Part shown: positions 48,465-61,600 of the stretch, in pieces | Numbering within the stretch: position 1 is the stretch's first letter | Layout: every line of letters starts with the position of its first letter | DNA from: Selaginella moellendorffii | Lineage: Eukaryota > Plantae > Lycopodiophyta | Reading direction: 5' to 3' | DNA length: 64,000 nucleotides | NCBI RefSeq assembly: GCF_000143415.4 | Contig: NW_003314269.1 | Coordinates: 3,601,969 to 3,665,968 of the forward strand | Translations under genes and position numbers: made by a program | Notes under the pieces: generated by a model | Databases searched by the model: none | What the model saw: the letters and a program-made list of their open reading frames with translations, nothing else | Told to the model about the DNA's origin: nothing

Positions 48465-49727
48465 CTACCTGGTAAATCCCCAGAGATCAACATCATACGA
48501 GTAATCTGGCTGTTGCAGCTGCTGCCCCCTGTTCATGCGTTCCACCAGACTGTCCAAGTTGCCCAGCCGTGATTCTTTGGAGAACTCGTCCTCGTGAACT
48601 CCAGCCACTTGGGAGGAGAGCATTCTCTCGGGATCCTCCCAGGATGGCGGCACCATTTCGTCGCTGAAACCATGAAAGCTAGTCTCTGCCGGGGCCTGTG
48701 TTCCGCCGCCACTAAACGTCTTGTGGACCAGTTCTTCTAGCTCGTTGTCGATGTAGGAGGAAGCTTTGATCAAATCGTGGTGGTGCTCATGATCTTCCGG
48801 AGGAGGATTGTAGCTCATGGGGCTTGCTCTCTTGGGGCTCTCGAGGTGCGGCAGCGAGTGATCAAACGCAAATGGGAAGTAGATACCGGCGCTCTCCAAC
48901 TCTTGCTTGACAAAACTGCTGTTGCTGCTATACATCTTGTCCATATTTTCTTCCGGATCGTAGCAGCAGGCCCCGTCGAAGTCACTGCTCGGCTTCTTGA
49001 CAACGTTGCGTTTCCTGAAAACTCGGCAGACCACCCAGCCTTCTTCCTGCCATTGCAAAATAAGAGTGAGAGAAGCGATCACACAATTGACACAGTGAAT
49101 CATATCTAAAGTTTCTTCTTCTCTCTCTCTCTCTCATTTTTTTTAGCTTACGTTTGTTGCAGTGTTGTTGATATCATCCTCCAGGCGATACTCGTGCATT
49201 ATCCAGTCCGATTTCTGCCCGTTTGGAGCTCGACCTTTGTAGAAAACCAGCGTCTTCCTCATGCCGATCAATTTGGAGACGCGAGCAAAGATTGGCTTGT
49301 CTCGCCCAGTGGCCTTCCAAAATCCTGCACCGGTGGCTCTGTTGGTCCTCGTCCCGGTCGGGTATTTCTTGTCTTTGTGGCTGAAGAAGTACCACTCGTG
49401 CTGCTCCGCGGAGCCAATTCGGCACCGTTCTGTGTGTGGCAAACGCAATTCATCGATGGCAGTGAGAGAAGAGACATTTAGAACGCAAAGACTTCCAAAG
49501 AACGGTTTTTTTTTTCCGAAATGAGAAGCTTGAGGGATGACCGTCTTACCTTGAAGATCCCATGGCTCCAGCTTGTACAAGTCGATCTCGCGGATGACAT
49601 CCAAATCAATTTTGCTCGCGGCCACTTTCTTGGCCAAGTAGTAACCCACGAGTTCTTCGTCGGTGGGATGAAATCGAAAGCCAGGAGGAACAGAAGAAGT
49701 TCCACTGAGTTGGATGCTTGATGACAT
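48465..49727 (-). CDS. VNS: NAC transcription factor, VNS (VND/NST/SMB) subfamily
   Basis: Exons 49727-49550, 49429-49152 and 49046-48465. [52 protein letters not shown]-box LPHLESP, WQ-like box [11 protein letters not shown] and terminal VDLW. Confidence 0.93.
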
Positions 49728-52458
49728 ATCTGCAAGAGAAAAAAAGATGAAAACTTGGGTATATCCATGAGAAGTTCGAGGGAGACTAGCCTTTCTGGAC
49801 AGATTTGTTGCCCTCCATTTTAATTCCAATCAATGAAGCACAAGAAATCGATCGGTTGACCCAGCTTTCATGCAGTAGACGATTCCACAAAGTTTATAAA
49901 AATCGGCGAGAGCGAGAGATTGGATCCTAGAAGTCGAAGAAGGTAAGAATTCCGGGAGAGAAGAACTCGTCCTTGCGTGCGTTGTATAGCTTGTGAATTG
50001 GCCTTCGAGAGGGAAATGAGAGTGATCGCTTGATCCCAAAGATTGTGGCGCCACGCATGCGAAGAAAAACTAATGTGTGCTGAGCTGAGCACGACCCAAA
50101 GAATGAACGAGCTAAACTTGACGGTAGTTGCAACGCCAAGCACGGCGAGAAAAAGAAACACAAGGGGTCGCCACGCTCACTCGACGATCCAAGTTTAAAA
50201 TCCCAGAAAAAGGAACAAATCAAAAGAAAAAAATGGCCGAAATGAATGCTCGTCGATCAAAAGAGAAAGAACCACGAAGAACCAAGAACGAAACCAAACG
50301 AGAACGAAAGAAAAAATCAAAAGAACCTTGGGATGAAATGCGATTGATCGAGCGAGAGCCTGGACAAAAATCAACACGAAACGAGCGCGAAGAACATTAT
50401 AAGAAGGTATCGGCGATGGCGGAAAGGGGTGAACGGTGGACGGCGAAGCAATGAGTAGCGTAGGATCGTCCATCCGACGGCCACAGCCCCGCCACGCGTT
50501 CAAGTTGTGCGTCCTCGGCGAGTAAAGTGAGTGGTCGGTTTGGCGTGGGGCCCGAAGCACATACCCGAAGAGGAATTGCAAGACGGGGTCTTTAGCAAAG
50601 CGCGTGTGTAAAGAGACCCAGAACCCGGAGAGGGGGTGGACGGGTCATTTTCGATATCATGCTTTACAATGAGCGAATTGGCCACACAATTCCGCGGGTC
50701 CCCCGTTCTCCCAGCAAGCAACAAAGAAAGAATTGAGCCCTAGAATTTAGGCGAGGAATTTGAATTTAAATATTTGAATTCCGGCGCGAGTTTCATATTC
50801 AAAATTGTCCGTTTGCCCTAATTTCCCGTGAAGGGAATGTTTAGAGCTGACTTTTAAATCTCTTGGGCGAAGTCATCTGCCCCAAACACTTTGGTTTCAT
50901 CATTTGAGTGTGGGATCTCCCTAACAATCTCATTGGAAATAAAGAAATTACCTTACGCGATATGAAATGATCAGATCCATGGCACTCATTCACTGCCAAG
51001 TTGGCCCCCGTCAATATACAAGAAACAAGTCCTTCTATTAGTCAACAACAATATTCCGATTCATTCATCCAATGTTTCCATTCTATGCTTTTTCGGGCGC
51101 TAGATGGAAATCTTTTAAGAAAAAATAAAGGCAAAAAAAGGGGGGCAGCAACTTGACTGTTGGACAACGCGGCGGAGATCAAAAGAACATTATATTTTCC
51201 AACGCTGCTTTGTGCGCCCCTTTCTCCACAACCTTCTTATAAAGTCTGTGGATACCAACTTTTCTCCACAACTTCGATCTAGCTAGCTCCAAGAATGGGA
51301 AAGAGAGAGGGGAATCATGCCATAACATTTGGGCTCCACACGCCAAAAGAAAAGAAAAAAACAAGAAAAGATTCCCGTGCATATTCTCATATGTACCGTA
51401 CACGTAAAACTGGCCACCCCCGTTGAAACGTGGGTCCTGCAAACGCTGCGCGTGACGGAGAATGGGCCCCATGATATGTCAAGTGGCCTATCCATGAAAT
51501 ACCAACCAAACCAACCTTGTGAATTTTAACACTCCCAAACAAAAAGGAAGCATTTGATCAAAGGTTTTCCGTACCAACTGAAAAGCAACCAAAGCTTAGC
51601 CATAATGTGTCCATTCATATCAATTGGGTGGTGGGTTGGTTATAATGCACACATCAAAGAGGTCCATAAAATCCCGTGGCCCACAGGCGTCTCTCTCGCC
51701 GTATAAGTATTCCTTTGAGATTCTCAGGTGTATTCGTGTACGTATCTATCACCTTGGGGGGCTTTGCGTCTCCATGGGATTGAAGGAAGAAGCTTCTCAC
51801 AATCATCATAAAGATGGCAGATATTTCTAGTTTAGGGTTCATGCCACCCATGAATGATCCCCCGCTCCCAAAAACCGACAGCATGCCTTTACAACCGACA
51901 GTGTGAGTGATTTTTCTTGCTTAAACAAGACGTGTTATATTCCCAGGGAATCTTACGCTTTGAGACTCTAGGTGTATGGAAGTGACAAGAACGATCCATA
52001 GGCTAGGAGTCAATCCCATCCATCTCGAGAAACTTTTCAAGCATGGGGGAGAGAGAAATCAACTTTGGTAACAATGTTGGGGGGTTTTTTTTTCGATCTT
52101 GCTTGGTTGCATGATATCTATCGTTTTCTAGATTTGTAGAATCATAGCAAAGTGCATTAGAGAACCGCCCAGCCCTACATTTTTTTCTCCTCAAGCCAAG
52201 CGTCATTACATTAGATAACTTTAGCTGATTGCGAGCGGAGAAAGAAGATCAAAGCACAAGCGACAAGTTGTCTCAAACAGCAAAAGACAAAGACAGCATG
52301 ACACGTGGCATGCCGGCCCCAACCAGCACTCGATTGGCCGGCGACCGACCCACACTTCCTCGCACTGTCACGTGGTACGCATGGCACGTCACTCGCAGAC
52401 GTGTTTGCCACATCAGCAAGAAAAAATGCCACATCAGATACACTGCCCTTGAGATTCG

Positions 52459-52490
52459 AACCCTAAACCTTCCATCTAGGTTTTAGGGTT
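52459..52490. promoter_or_regulatory. Telo-box pair upstream of RPP2
   Basis: AACCCTAA (52459) and TTAGGGTT (52483) just upstream of a ribosomal protein ATG. Confidence 0.6.
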
Positions 52491-52521
52491 CCAAGAAGGA
52501 AGAAGGCGGCGTCCGGCAACA

Positions 52522-52969
52522 ATGAAGCTGATTGCGGCATATCTCCTCGCGGTGTTGGGCGGGAACGAGTGCCCCTCCTCGGACGACATCAAGGGGATCC
52601 TCTCATCAGGTAAGCCATCGATCGATAGGTAACACGAATCTTACGATCCAACGCAGTGGGAGCCGAGGCCGATGAGACCAAGCTCTCGCATCTGATGAGC
52701 GAGCTCGAGGGCAAGGACATTGTGGAGCTAATCGCCGAGGGAAGGGACAAGTTTGCGTCGGTTCCCAGCGGCGGCGCTGGCGGCGCCGTGGCGGCCGCTG
52801 CCCCCGCTGCCTCCTCCGCCGCCGCCGCCCCCGAGGCTGCCAAGGAAGCACCAAAGGAGGAAGAGAAAGAGGAATCCGATGACGTAAGTTGCTTCCTTCT
52901 TCTCTCTTGCGCGCTAACACAAAGAATTGCCTCGCCTTACAGGACATGGGATTTAGCTTGTTCGAATAG
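52522..52969 (+). CDS. RPP2: 60S acidic ribosomal protein P2
   Basis: [15 protein letters not shown]...ASVPSGG, Ala-rich hinge, EEKEESDD|DMGFSLFE*. Exons 52522-52609, 52657-52883 and 52943-52969. Confidence 0.96.
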
Positions 52970-53183
52970 CGTGGATCTCTTGTTTTGGAAGTTTTTACTA
53001 TAGATTGAAAATCAATCAATCCATTTTGTTTCTTGCAATTGTTGAATCAAGTTGGATCATCAAACATAGAGAAATCATCGAACTTAAACATAGATGCCGT
53101 CTACAAAAATTCGAGAAACTTCATGACTCTCCAAAACAAATGGAAATACCAAACTGCCTGTGAGTAGGATGACAACCGGTTTG

Positions 53184-54986
53184 TCACTGTTGCTTGCATT
53201 CTGGGGGCTGGTCGCCACTAGCCTGCTTCTTCACCGCAGCCTTTGTCCGAGGAGCCGCCGGCTACATTGACAAAGAATCTTAGCTATGGATGAATAAAGA
53301 AAACCAAAACTCTACCTTGCGTGCGCTTCCTTCGTCTTCCTCCTCTTCGTCCTCCTCATCCTCCTCCTCCTCATCGTCCTCCTCCTCGTCATCGCTTTCC
53401 GTGTCGTTCTCGTCATCCACGTCTTCATACTCGTCCCCTTGCAAGGCCTCGCCAGTGAACCACGAAACTGCGTGGGGAATAATCTTCTCCTTGATGGTCG
53501 ATCTGTAGTTGCATAGCACCAGAGCTTAGCGACGACCAGAAAACGGACTTTTCACTTTCACTCACCCAATCTCGTAGTCCTGTTCCATCAAGTCCTGCAG
53601 TTGTTCAGCCTGTCAAACCGAAGAAAGGAAACGAGAGGAAAGGAGAAATGTTATATCCGCATTATGTGCTGTACGTAGTCGAAAACTTACATCAGTCGCA
53701 TCGATGTCGTCATCGTCGTCTGGCACTAGAGGCGGACTGAAGAAGTTGAAGAAGCTGTCACACTGTTCTGTCTTTGTGACCGGCTTGGTATTCTTCGCTC
53801 CCTTCTTTGGCTTCTTCTTCAAAATCTTCTGAGTTAGATTCTTCCCGGCATGCCACTCGATTTCCGTCCTGTTGTAACATTGTTTCAGGGAAACAACAGG
53901 AAAAGCACGACATCCTACCCGATAGCACGCTCAAGGATAGGCTCGTCCTCGTCCACCATGTGGTACGTCTTGCTCAGCTGTTTCGCTTCATTTGTTAGCA
54001 TCAACCGACGGAGAACGAATTCCACAAAACAACTTACCACTGAATTCCTGAAGTAGGGATTCGTATCGAAGTAAAAATCAAGACGGAACCCTTTCGGGCT
54101 TTCCAAGTTGCACCACTTAATCTCCTTCAGGAACTTTAGTGCTCCCTCGTCTCGTTCAGTAATCTAAAAATCGAAATGTCAGTAAACCAGGTCTGGTGAA
54201 TCTAAAGAGATACCCACTTGCATGCCCAGAACTTCATTGGACTTCATAGCCGTGAGCCAGAATTCCGGGACCCCATTCTCTACAATAGATAAAGAAGAAA
54301 CAAGGTAAGAACACACCCGTGAAAGAAGGAACTTAGCCAAACCTTCTTCGGTCTTAGCTTCGGCTTCGGCCTCGCCCTTGTTGTCGTCAACATCCACAGC
54401 ACCGGTGACAATTTCAAATCGCTGTGACCAGGACAGAATAAGTCTCGTCGACAATTCCACTGAGAAAGTATACCTTCGCGTAGAAGGGAGCATAAAGCTT
54501 CTGATACTTTGCCTCCAAAATCGCCCTCTCCTCTCTAAACTTCATCTCAACCTCATCGTGTTGTTTCTGTGTGAAAGAGCCATTGTTAAAGAAAGCCCAT
54601 CGATGAAAACACAAACCTGCAAATCCTGCAGTGCTTGGACCCGCTTCTTCACTTTCGGGCTCAGCGATTCCACATAACCTGAAGACTGCCCAGCAAGATA
54701 TTGGAGTTTGTCCTGATAAAGAAATTTCATTCCCATTCTTAACCATAGAAATCCCGTGCCGGACAGCGTACCTTGAGCGCATTGACGAGCCCCGCGCGGT
54801 CCGCCGCGGTGAAAGCTGCCACAAACAGCAAAAATGAGCAAAATATTTCGAGGATTCCAGCCAAGAACACTCACTTCCAGTGCCGCCAGGCAACGCGCCG
54901 CCCAAATCCCCCACCGAGAAGGCCGAAATCTGCTGCTCCTTGCCACCGCCGTTGCCGCCGCCTCCAGCGCCCTGCTCGCTACTCAT
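53184..54986 (-). CDS. NAP1: Nucleosome assembly protein 1
   Basis: [67 protein letters not shown], an acidic tail and C-terminal CaaX motif CKQQ. Confidence 0.95.
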
Positions 54987-55380
54987 CCTTGAAACCCTAG
55001 CCGCCGCTAGCGAGCGCGAGGGGAACGAGTAGCACACAGGAGGCTTGCCGGTGGTGTCGCCGCCTACTTGCGCTCGCCCTGGCACTGACTGCCCTAAAAG
55101 AAGAATATATACGGGCCTAGGATCTTTTTCTTGTTTCGGCAAAACCCTAAAACAGAGCCCTAAAACTCCGTGCCCTAAATATCTTTCTCTCTCTCTCTCG
55201 GAACGAAAGGAATGTAACGTCACCTTTCGCGCAAGAATGTAGCTACTTGTCTTCGTTTGGTAGTTCTTGGTGCTAATCATTCTAACAATCATCACACGGA
55301 GAGTTTCGTTTTGGACATTTGAAATAACTACTTGAGAAAGAACCACGAAGAAGAAAAAAAACACACCCCAAGCTCTTTGT

Positions 55381-56406
55381 TTATTCTTCGTCGTCTTCCT
55401 CAAGCCTGGCAAGAGCTTGTCGGCGCTGCTTATAGCTCTGCTTGAAGCATGCCTGGCGAAGCCTCTTTGTGTCATCCGATAGATCAACCGCGGGGTTTGC
55501 TTGCATATTCCGTTTCTGCACCTCGAGCTCGCTCACCGCGTCCTCGAATTTCTTCTTCCCCGAGCTCGGGCTCTCTTTGGACAGCTCCTGTAGACACGAG
55601 AAACATATCAAAAGATGGAGACGATCCATGGAATCGAGAAACATACAGGGATGAAGAAAGGATAGATGGAATAAGAAACATGAAAGAGAAACATGGAGAG
55701 GATCCATGGAATCGAGAAACATACAGGGATGAAGATGGAATCGAGAAAAAATCAAAGAAACATGAAAGAAGGATCAATGGAATCGGGATGAAGAAATGAT
55801 CCTTTCTTCATCCATGTTTCCCATGGGTTGAAGAAAGGATCTCGCGATGGTTACCTGTATATTGTGAATGAGGCCATCCAGGCTCTTGAGCTTGCGATGC
55901 GGCCACCGCGGGATCCCAAACTCGCGGCACCGCTTCTTGAGGACCGTGAGCCCGACCTTGAGCTTCTTGGACGCCTCCGTGATGGGCATAGCATAGTAGC
56001 AAGCGAGCTCGTCCGGTGTGATTTCCAGCATCCTCTCCGTCGGGCCCGACTTGGGCGATCGCGCCGATCGCTGCCTGCGCTGGCGATTGACAGGAACGTT
56101 CTGGCCGTTCTCCTCGACGAGAGTAGTCTGGCTGCTACTGCTCTCATCGCTGAGGCTGAGAGGCGAAGAGAGAGTTTGCGGCTGCAGTGCAGGAGTGGGA
56201 GCGAGAAATGAAGCGAAGCTAGAATCGGTGTAGAAACCATCGATGAGCATCCCATCACCATCGAAAACAGATTCGACGAACGACGGGTCGAGGAGGAGCT
56301 GCCCATCGATGTCGCTAGCGTGCTCGTGAAATGCAGTTGCGAAGACGGAGCTCGGAATTGGCGAAAGAACCAAGTCGGACTCGGAAGAGGACTCAGAGAT
56401 TGCCAT
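55381..56406 (-). CDS. RKD: RWP-RK domain transcription factor, RKD type
   Basis: Exons 56406-55855 and 55587-55381. [40 protein letters not shown] and the RKD C-terminal motif [14 protein letters not shown]. Confidence 0.92.
55620..55800. repeat. Intronic tandem repeat in RKD
   Basis: gatccatggaatcgagaaacatacagggatgaaga occurs at ~55623 and ~55702, plus degenerate partial copies. Confidence 0.85.
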
Positions 56407-57104
56407 CGCTGGCTTGATGCAAGGGAAAGAATGACCTAGAAACTTTGAGAGAGCGTGTGTGTGGTCTCTACCTATAGACAGGAGGGTATTTCGGTAGCGG
56501 TGGTGCTTGGTGTTCCACTGCCGCCGTTATGCTACAACCTGCCAGCGTGGCATCTGGTTCAAAAAAAACAAGCTGGGTTTGACCTGTGGTTTTAGTAACA
56601 TTAGCCCTTAATAATCAAATACGGTCTAAGATGTATGTTTTGCTATGCGTAGATACTTTCTTTGAAATTCCCCTGCTGTTCATCCCTCCCTCTCCCGCCC
56701 CCTGGGCTTTGAAATTGCCCTGCTGACGACAATGGATCAAAGCGCTGCCCTCGCAAGAGATCTTCCCAGAGACGCTCAATTGCCTCACCGCGCAGCAAAC
56801 TCTCGAAACTCCACACCATTTGGCGCCTGGAAGAGCGCGAATCTCGAGATCCTTTGAGTCGATGGGCTCCGGATTCGAGATCCAGGACGAGGCGGACATG
56901 GATTACCAGGGAGTTTGCAGGGGAATCGTGGTCGCATACGCGAGCTTCGGTGCTCAAGCCGCCCAGCAGCACCATGGCCAGCACCAGGACGGTTTGCTTC
57001 GCAATGTTCGTGGCGGATCCCATCCAGCCGCTCCAGATCCAGGAGAGATTCCTGTGACACCATTTCGAGCACGCGGACCCCGCGTTCCAGGAGGCCGAGG
57101 TCAC

Positions 57105-57230
57105 CATCGGGTACCGGAGGACGTAACCACCGTGAAGCTCACCTGATCGCGCGGCGTGAATCTGTCGAGCTCGTTGAACCACATGACAAGAGGTTGCTGA
57201 GGGGCGTGTGCTCTCTCAGCACCGTGCTCA
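57105..57230 (-). pseudogene. Fragment of a DUF616 (TOD1/MUCI70-like) gene
   Basis: STVLREHTPLSNLLSC, then a frameshift, then WFNELDRFTPRDQVSF..GYVLR. This matches the DUF616 motif REHxPxSNLFSCLWFNEVDRFTxRDQLSF. Confidence 0.7.
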
Positions 57231-58649
57231 CCAGATCTTACGGAAGGAGCCCGTCGTGCTCTCGCAGACAAGATCATCGCGCAAGTTCCATGGCGGATCA
57301 ACATGTTCGAGGATTGTGAGAGGCGGAACTTCGTGTGGCCGATGCCACCAGACAATCAAAGATCACATGTTTTCTTCTCACACAATATTTCTTGACAGGA
57401 ACAGAAAGAATGCAAGCAGTGAATGCTCGATTGTTATTTAGAGCTTGCTGGATGGCGTTTGAACGCTTGATCAGGTTATTTGAGCGAGTGTTGGGCAACC
57501 AGCAATTGTCATGGTGCTTCTCAGCTCCTGCTTGAGCATGTCTAGCACTTTCACACGCCTTGTTCGCCATCGATGGCCGGGCCGAACAAGAGAGGCCTCC
57601 CAACCTGGTAGAATTCACAGCATCACTATTGCTCCCGAAAGGAAAAAAGTGAACGTGTTCATGAATCTTATAATGCGATTCGACGTAGACGAAATCCAAC
57701 GAGTCACCTTTAAGGTGATGGATTTGTCTGTGTACTCGGATGCGATGCAGGCACGATCTGTTGGCTGCAACAAGAAAAAACAAAAGGAAAGGCCTGGAAA
57801 TGCTGAAAAGTAAAATATACCATGTCATCCATGCTGATGGCAAAACTAGTCGGCTCCAACCCTGGATTCTAACGCTTGCTTTAAGTTACATCTTCTCTTT
57901 TGTCGAGAATTGCAGTGAGAACAATGGCGGTAGCCTCTCTGCACAAGCAGCATGCTCCATAGCTCTAACCTTGTTGAATATCTAAATAAGGAGAAAAGGA
58001 GCATTGTATGGCAAATATTCAGATTTAAATTGGCACAAACTTTTGTGTACTTCTGAGCGTTTCCTATGGTCACTAAAACGCTGTCAAATCTATCCACTGT
58101 AGAGGAAATCTTTGATATTGGAAAGTGTAATGGAGACGCCGGCCCTTGCAAAAATCCTCCTTGTTGGTTGTTTGGTGGCCCTGGAGCTGATAAACGATGG
58201 AGGCGCATCGCATTTCTCAGCAGCCGCCCAGTTTTTCGCCAGAATTTCACGAATTTGACGACACCATCCCTGCCAATCATTTCCAAATCCTCTCCCGCCC
58301 CTTGATGGCTTTGCCAATGTCCAGTGGATCAAGAGCTCCAGATGCGAGATCCAGGATGAGGGCGACATGAATTAACTCCTGCTTCGCAATGTTCACTGAT
58401 GATGAAGCACTGGAATCCCTCCAGAAGGAAGAATCATCGCCATAGGAAGAGGGAGACAACCGATCCGAGGGTGAAATTCCAAGGATGATGCACAGGCTTG
58501 TCCAAATGCATGCTTCTCCATCTGGATATTCTTTGAAAGAAACAATGCCAGTGACTTTTAGCTCCTAGGATGGTTGAATCTCCTGTAGTGTTCGATTGAT
58601 TTATATGAGTGAATGTTTGACAACCAGCAATTGTCATATATGGTGCATT

Positions 58650-61600
58650 GTTCCCTCTCTCTTTTGGCTAACCTGATTCATAGGGACTAAAAACATTACA
58701 AAACAATTTGTACTACTCATGGTCCTTATGGGTGACTCCTCTATGAAGCTAAAACCACCTATTATAAGGATCATGAGACTCTCCCTAGGATGCTACTCCA
58801 TTTGATCGCCAAGACCCTAATCTGTTTTCCAAGCCATATCTTAGGGCATGACCCTTCTCTAACTTAAACCACCAGAGCATGCATCCTGCTCGTGATGTGT
58901 TAAACCTTATTTGAAGCATCACGATCAAGAGATCCCAAAAATCCCCATTGCAAGGCTTTATGTCACTCTACCTAATTTGATCTATCCCCTGAAGGTATCA
59001 TAGAACCTACTGTAGATAATAGTCTAGCAGTTTATATGATGGCTATACACTATTAGCATCTGATGTGCCCCAAAGTGGTAGGCAGCCAAAGTCCATGGTG
59101 TGGCATGATATCCTAGAAATCCAGATTATTGCCTAATAAATGTTATATTTGATGGCCTAATTTGACATGTTAGTCATTGTTATAACACTTTGATACACCC
59201 ATATTGGATAATCATTAAGCAGGTCCAAAACAACAAATTCCTCAGTCCACTCTTTAAGTTCCTCTCATATATGAGGTTGATATTATTTTACATTATCTGA
59301 ATGGTTAGCTTGTGTAATGGTCTTCTTTGGGCACCACTTTCACCTAGTACAATATATTGAGGCTATGGAAGCAATCAAAACCACCAATCATATTGTTAGA
59401 TCTTAGAACAATATACCAAAGTCTCAAAAGGAAGAGGAAAGAGAAACTAGTCATAAAAGGAAGAGAGAGAAAGGAATATAAAAAGTAATATAACATATTC
59501 TCACCACCTTGCAACCCAATACTCACATCATTCACCTTATGAACTTGTTGGAAAAGGATAAGCAACTGATTCAACTCCACATCAGATATTCAAGTGTCAT
59601 AGGATAAATCAGCTTCATCCCATTAGTTATGGTGCTACTAGTATACATCCTACTCTACAATCCTTTATAGAAATAACAATATTCTATCTTTAAGAGCACA
59701 TTTGGTATAGGTATTGTAGAAAGTGGTAATGGTCCTTAATGTCCCTTCAACTCAGAAACATAAAATAAATAAAAATCTTTCTCATGAGGTTTTAAAATAA
59801 TGATGCTTTAAATTTATATATGAATTAAAAGCATACCAAAAAGCTCCTCTTGAGGCTGCCTCTTTTAATGGTGATAAATACTTAAATTTCCATAGGGCAT
59901 ATTTACATAAGAGGTAGTGTGTTTTTTGCTAGTATACACCTTAAGATGTTAAGTTTCTTCCAAGTCTATTATAATTTATAAAACACCAAAAACAATTAAC
60001 AAACAAGGTAAAAGAAATCATAATAAAAGAGTATTACATTTTTTTTAGGATGACAAACATAAAACTTATTCCTGGTTTTAAAGTACAGCTAGCACCTAGA
60101 CATCATCTTTCCTCACCTTCTTTTATACTTCTCAAAGCATTATCAATTGAATGGGAAGTACTTCTTGTGTAAGAATAATAACTTAAAGAATGTGCATTAG
60201 ATGCTATAGATCTTAAGGAAGAGTATAACTTTTATTTCACACTAGTGAACAATTGAGATTTGAAGTCCATGGGTGTGCTCTAGTTCTTTGTGTCAGCCAT
60301 AAGGCTATTATAAGGATGCCATAAATGACTACCAACAATAATGTAATGATTTATGACTTGGGGGATTGTATCTATAACTTATTAGCCAAGTATTCCCATA
60401 GATGCTTTAGAACTGTCATCTCAAGCTCTAAAACCTAATGCTTTTGTGTTTAGTTCTTCTTCTCTTGATGAACTTTACACTTGAAATTTAAACAAAGGTT
60501 TATATTGTTAATACACTAAAGAGAAAAGTTTAAAGGCAAAAAATCATGATTGAGGAATATCCTAGAGTATGCTTAGATATTTTACATATATCACAAATAA
60601 GAATCCCAATTCAGATTTATGATGATTATCATGGTAATAAGAGTGGCCTCTTACATAGCCTTCTTTGGTCTAGAAAAGAGAAAAAAGAGAGCCATGCCTA
60701 AAGGAGTACAATTCAATAGTCATTTATAGCTTTTGATGTTTCAAGTAGTTTGGTTGTTATAACCAATATAACTCAATATAATCATAACATCCAAAATAAT
60801 AATTTTTTGTGAGAAAAGGGAAGTATAATAAGCTTATGTGTGTCAAGGTGTTAATTAAGATGTTGATATTAAATATGCAGTGGTGGAGGTGGTGAGGAAT
60901 ATATCAAGTACATTCTTTAGTATATAAAGAGAGTATATTCTAGGGATTGATTCTATCACAACATTCCTTTCTTTTATTCATGAACTCTCCTCTTTATTTT
61001 TAACACACCAGAGAGTTTACTTGCCCTATGAATCTGTAAAAGGATTAAGAAGAATGGAGGTGGAAAGTTAGGGTTTTGGGTGATTTGATGCATAGATTGT
61101 GGAGCAATAATTCTTATGGGATATAGAATGGATTAAGGTGATTTTTGTTGTGGAGGAGGCATTGTATTATAATCTATCCAATGATCTAAAATGGCTAGGT
61201 TTGGTATAAAGAATCATAAGAGTTTAGGATTTTATTGTTAAGCTTAAAATACCTTATTTATTTATTTTTGGTTTGCTTAAGCAAACCTGGATGGTAGTGG
61301 ATATACCTAGAATATGCTTGGATCTTTTAGGATATTCTACCATTTAACAGTTATTATTCATTTAGATTAATCTTGTATTTATAGTTTATAAACATAATTT
61401 ATAAACTTTTTAAAACACTTTCTAGTATATTCTTTTTTATTCTACCATCTAAAGGTTGATAGGCAGTAAGATTAATCTTGTGTTTATAAATTATAAACAT
61501 GTTTATAATTATAAACTTTTATTTGATCAAATGGATTAAACAAGTAAGAATAACATTATTATTAAAAAAAACCAAGCATTGCGACATGCAATATATATCA

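Noticed and set aside
16696-49727. Possible biosynthetic gene cluster (ABCB, oxidases, KAS, NAC)
   Set aside because: KASI, ABCB6/20 and VNS are conserved genes with ordinary roles, interspersed with housekeeping genes. There is no scaffold-forming enzyme and no co-expression evidence.
54414-55487. 357-aa minus-strand ORF
   Set aside because: A chance read-through across the RKD 3' end, intergenic DNA and NAP1 exons and introns.
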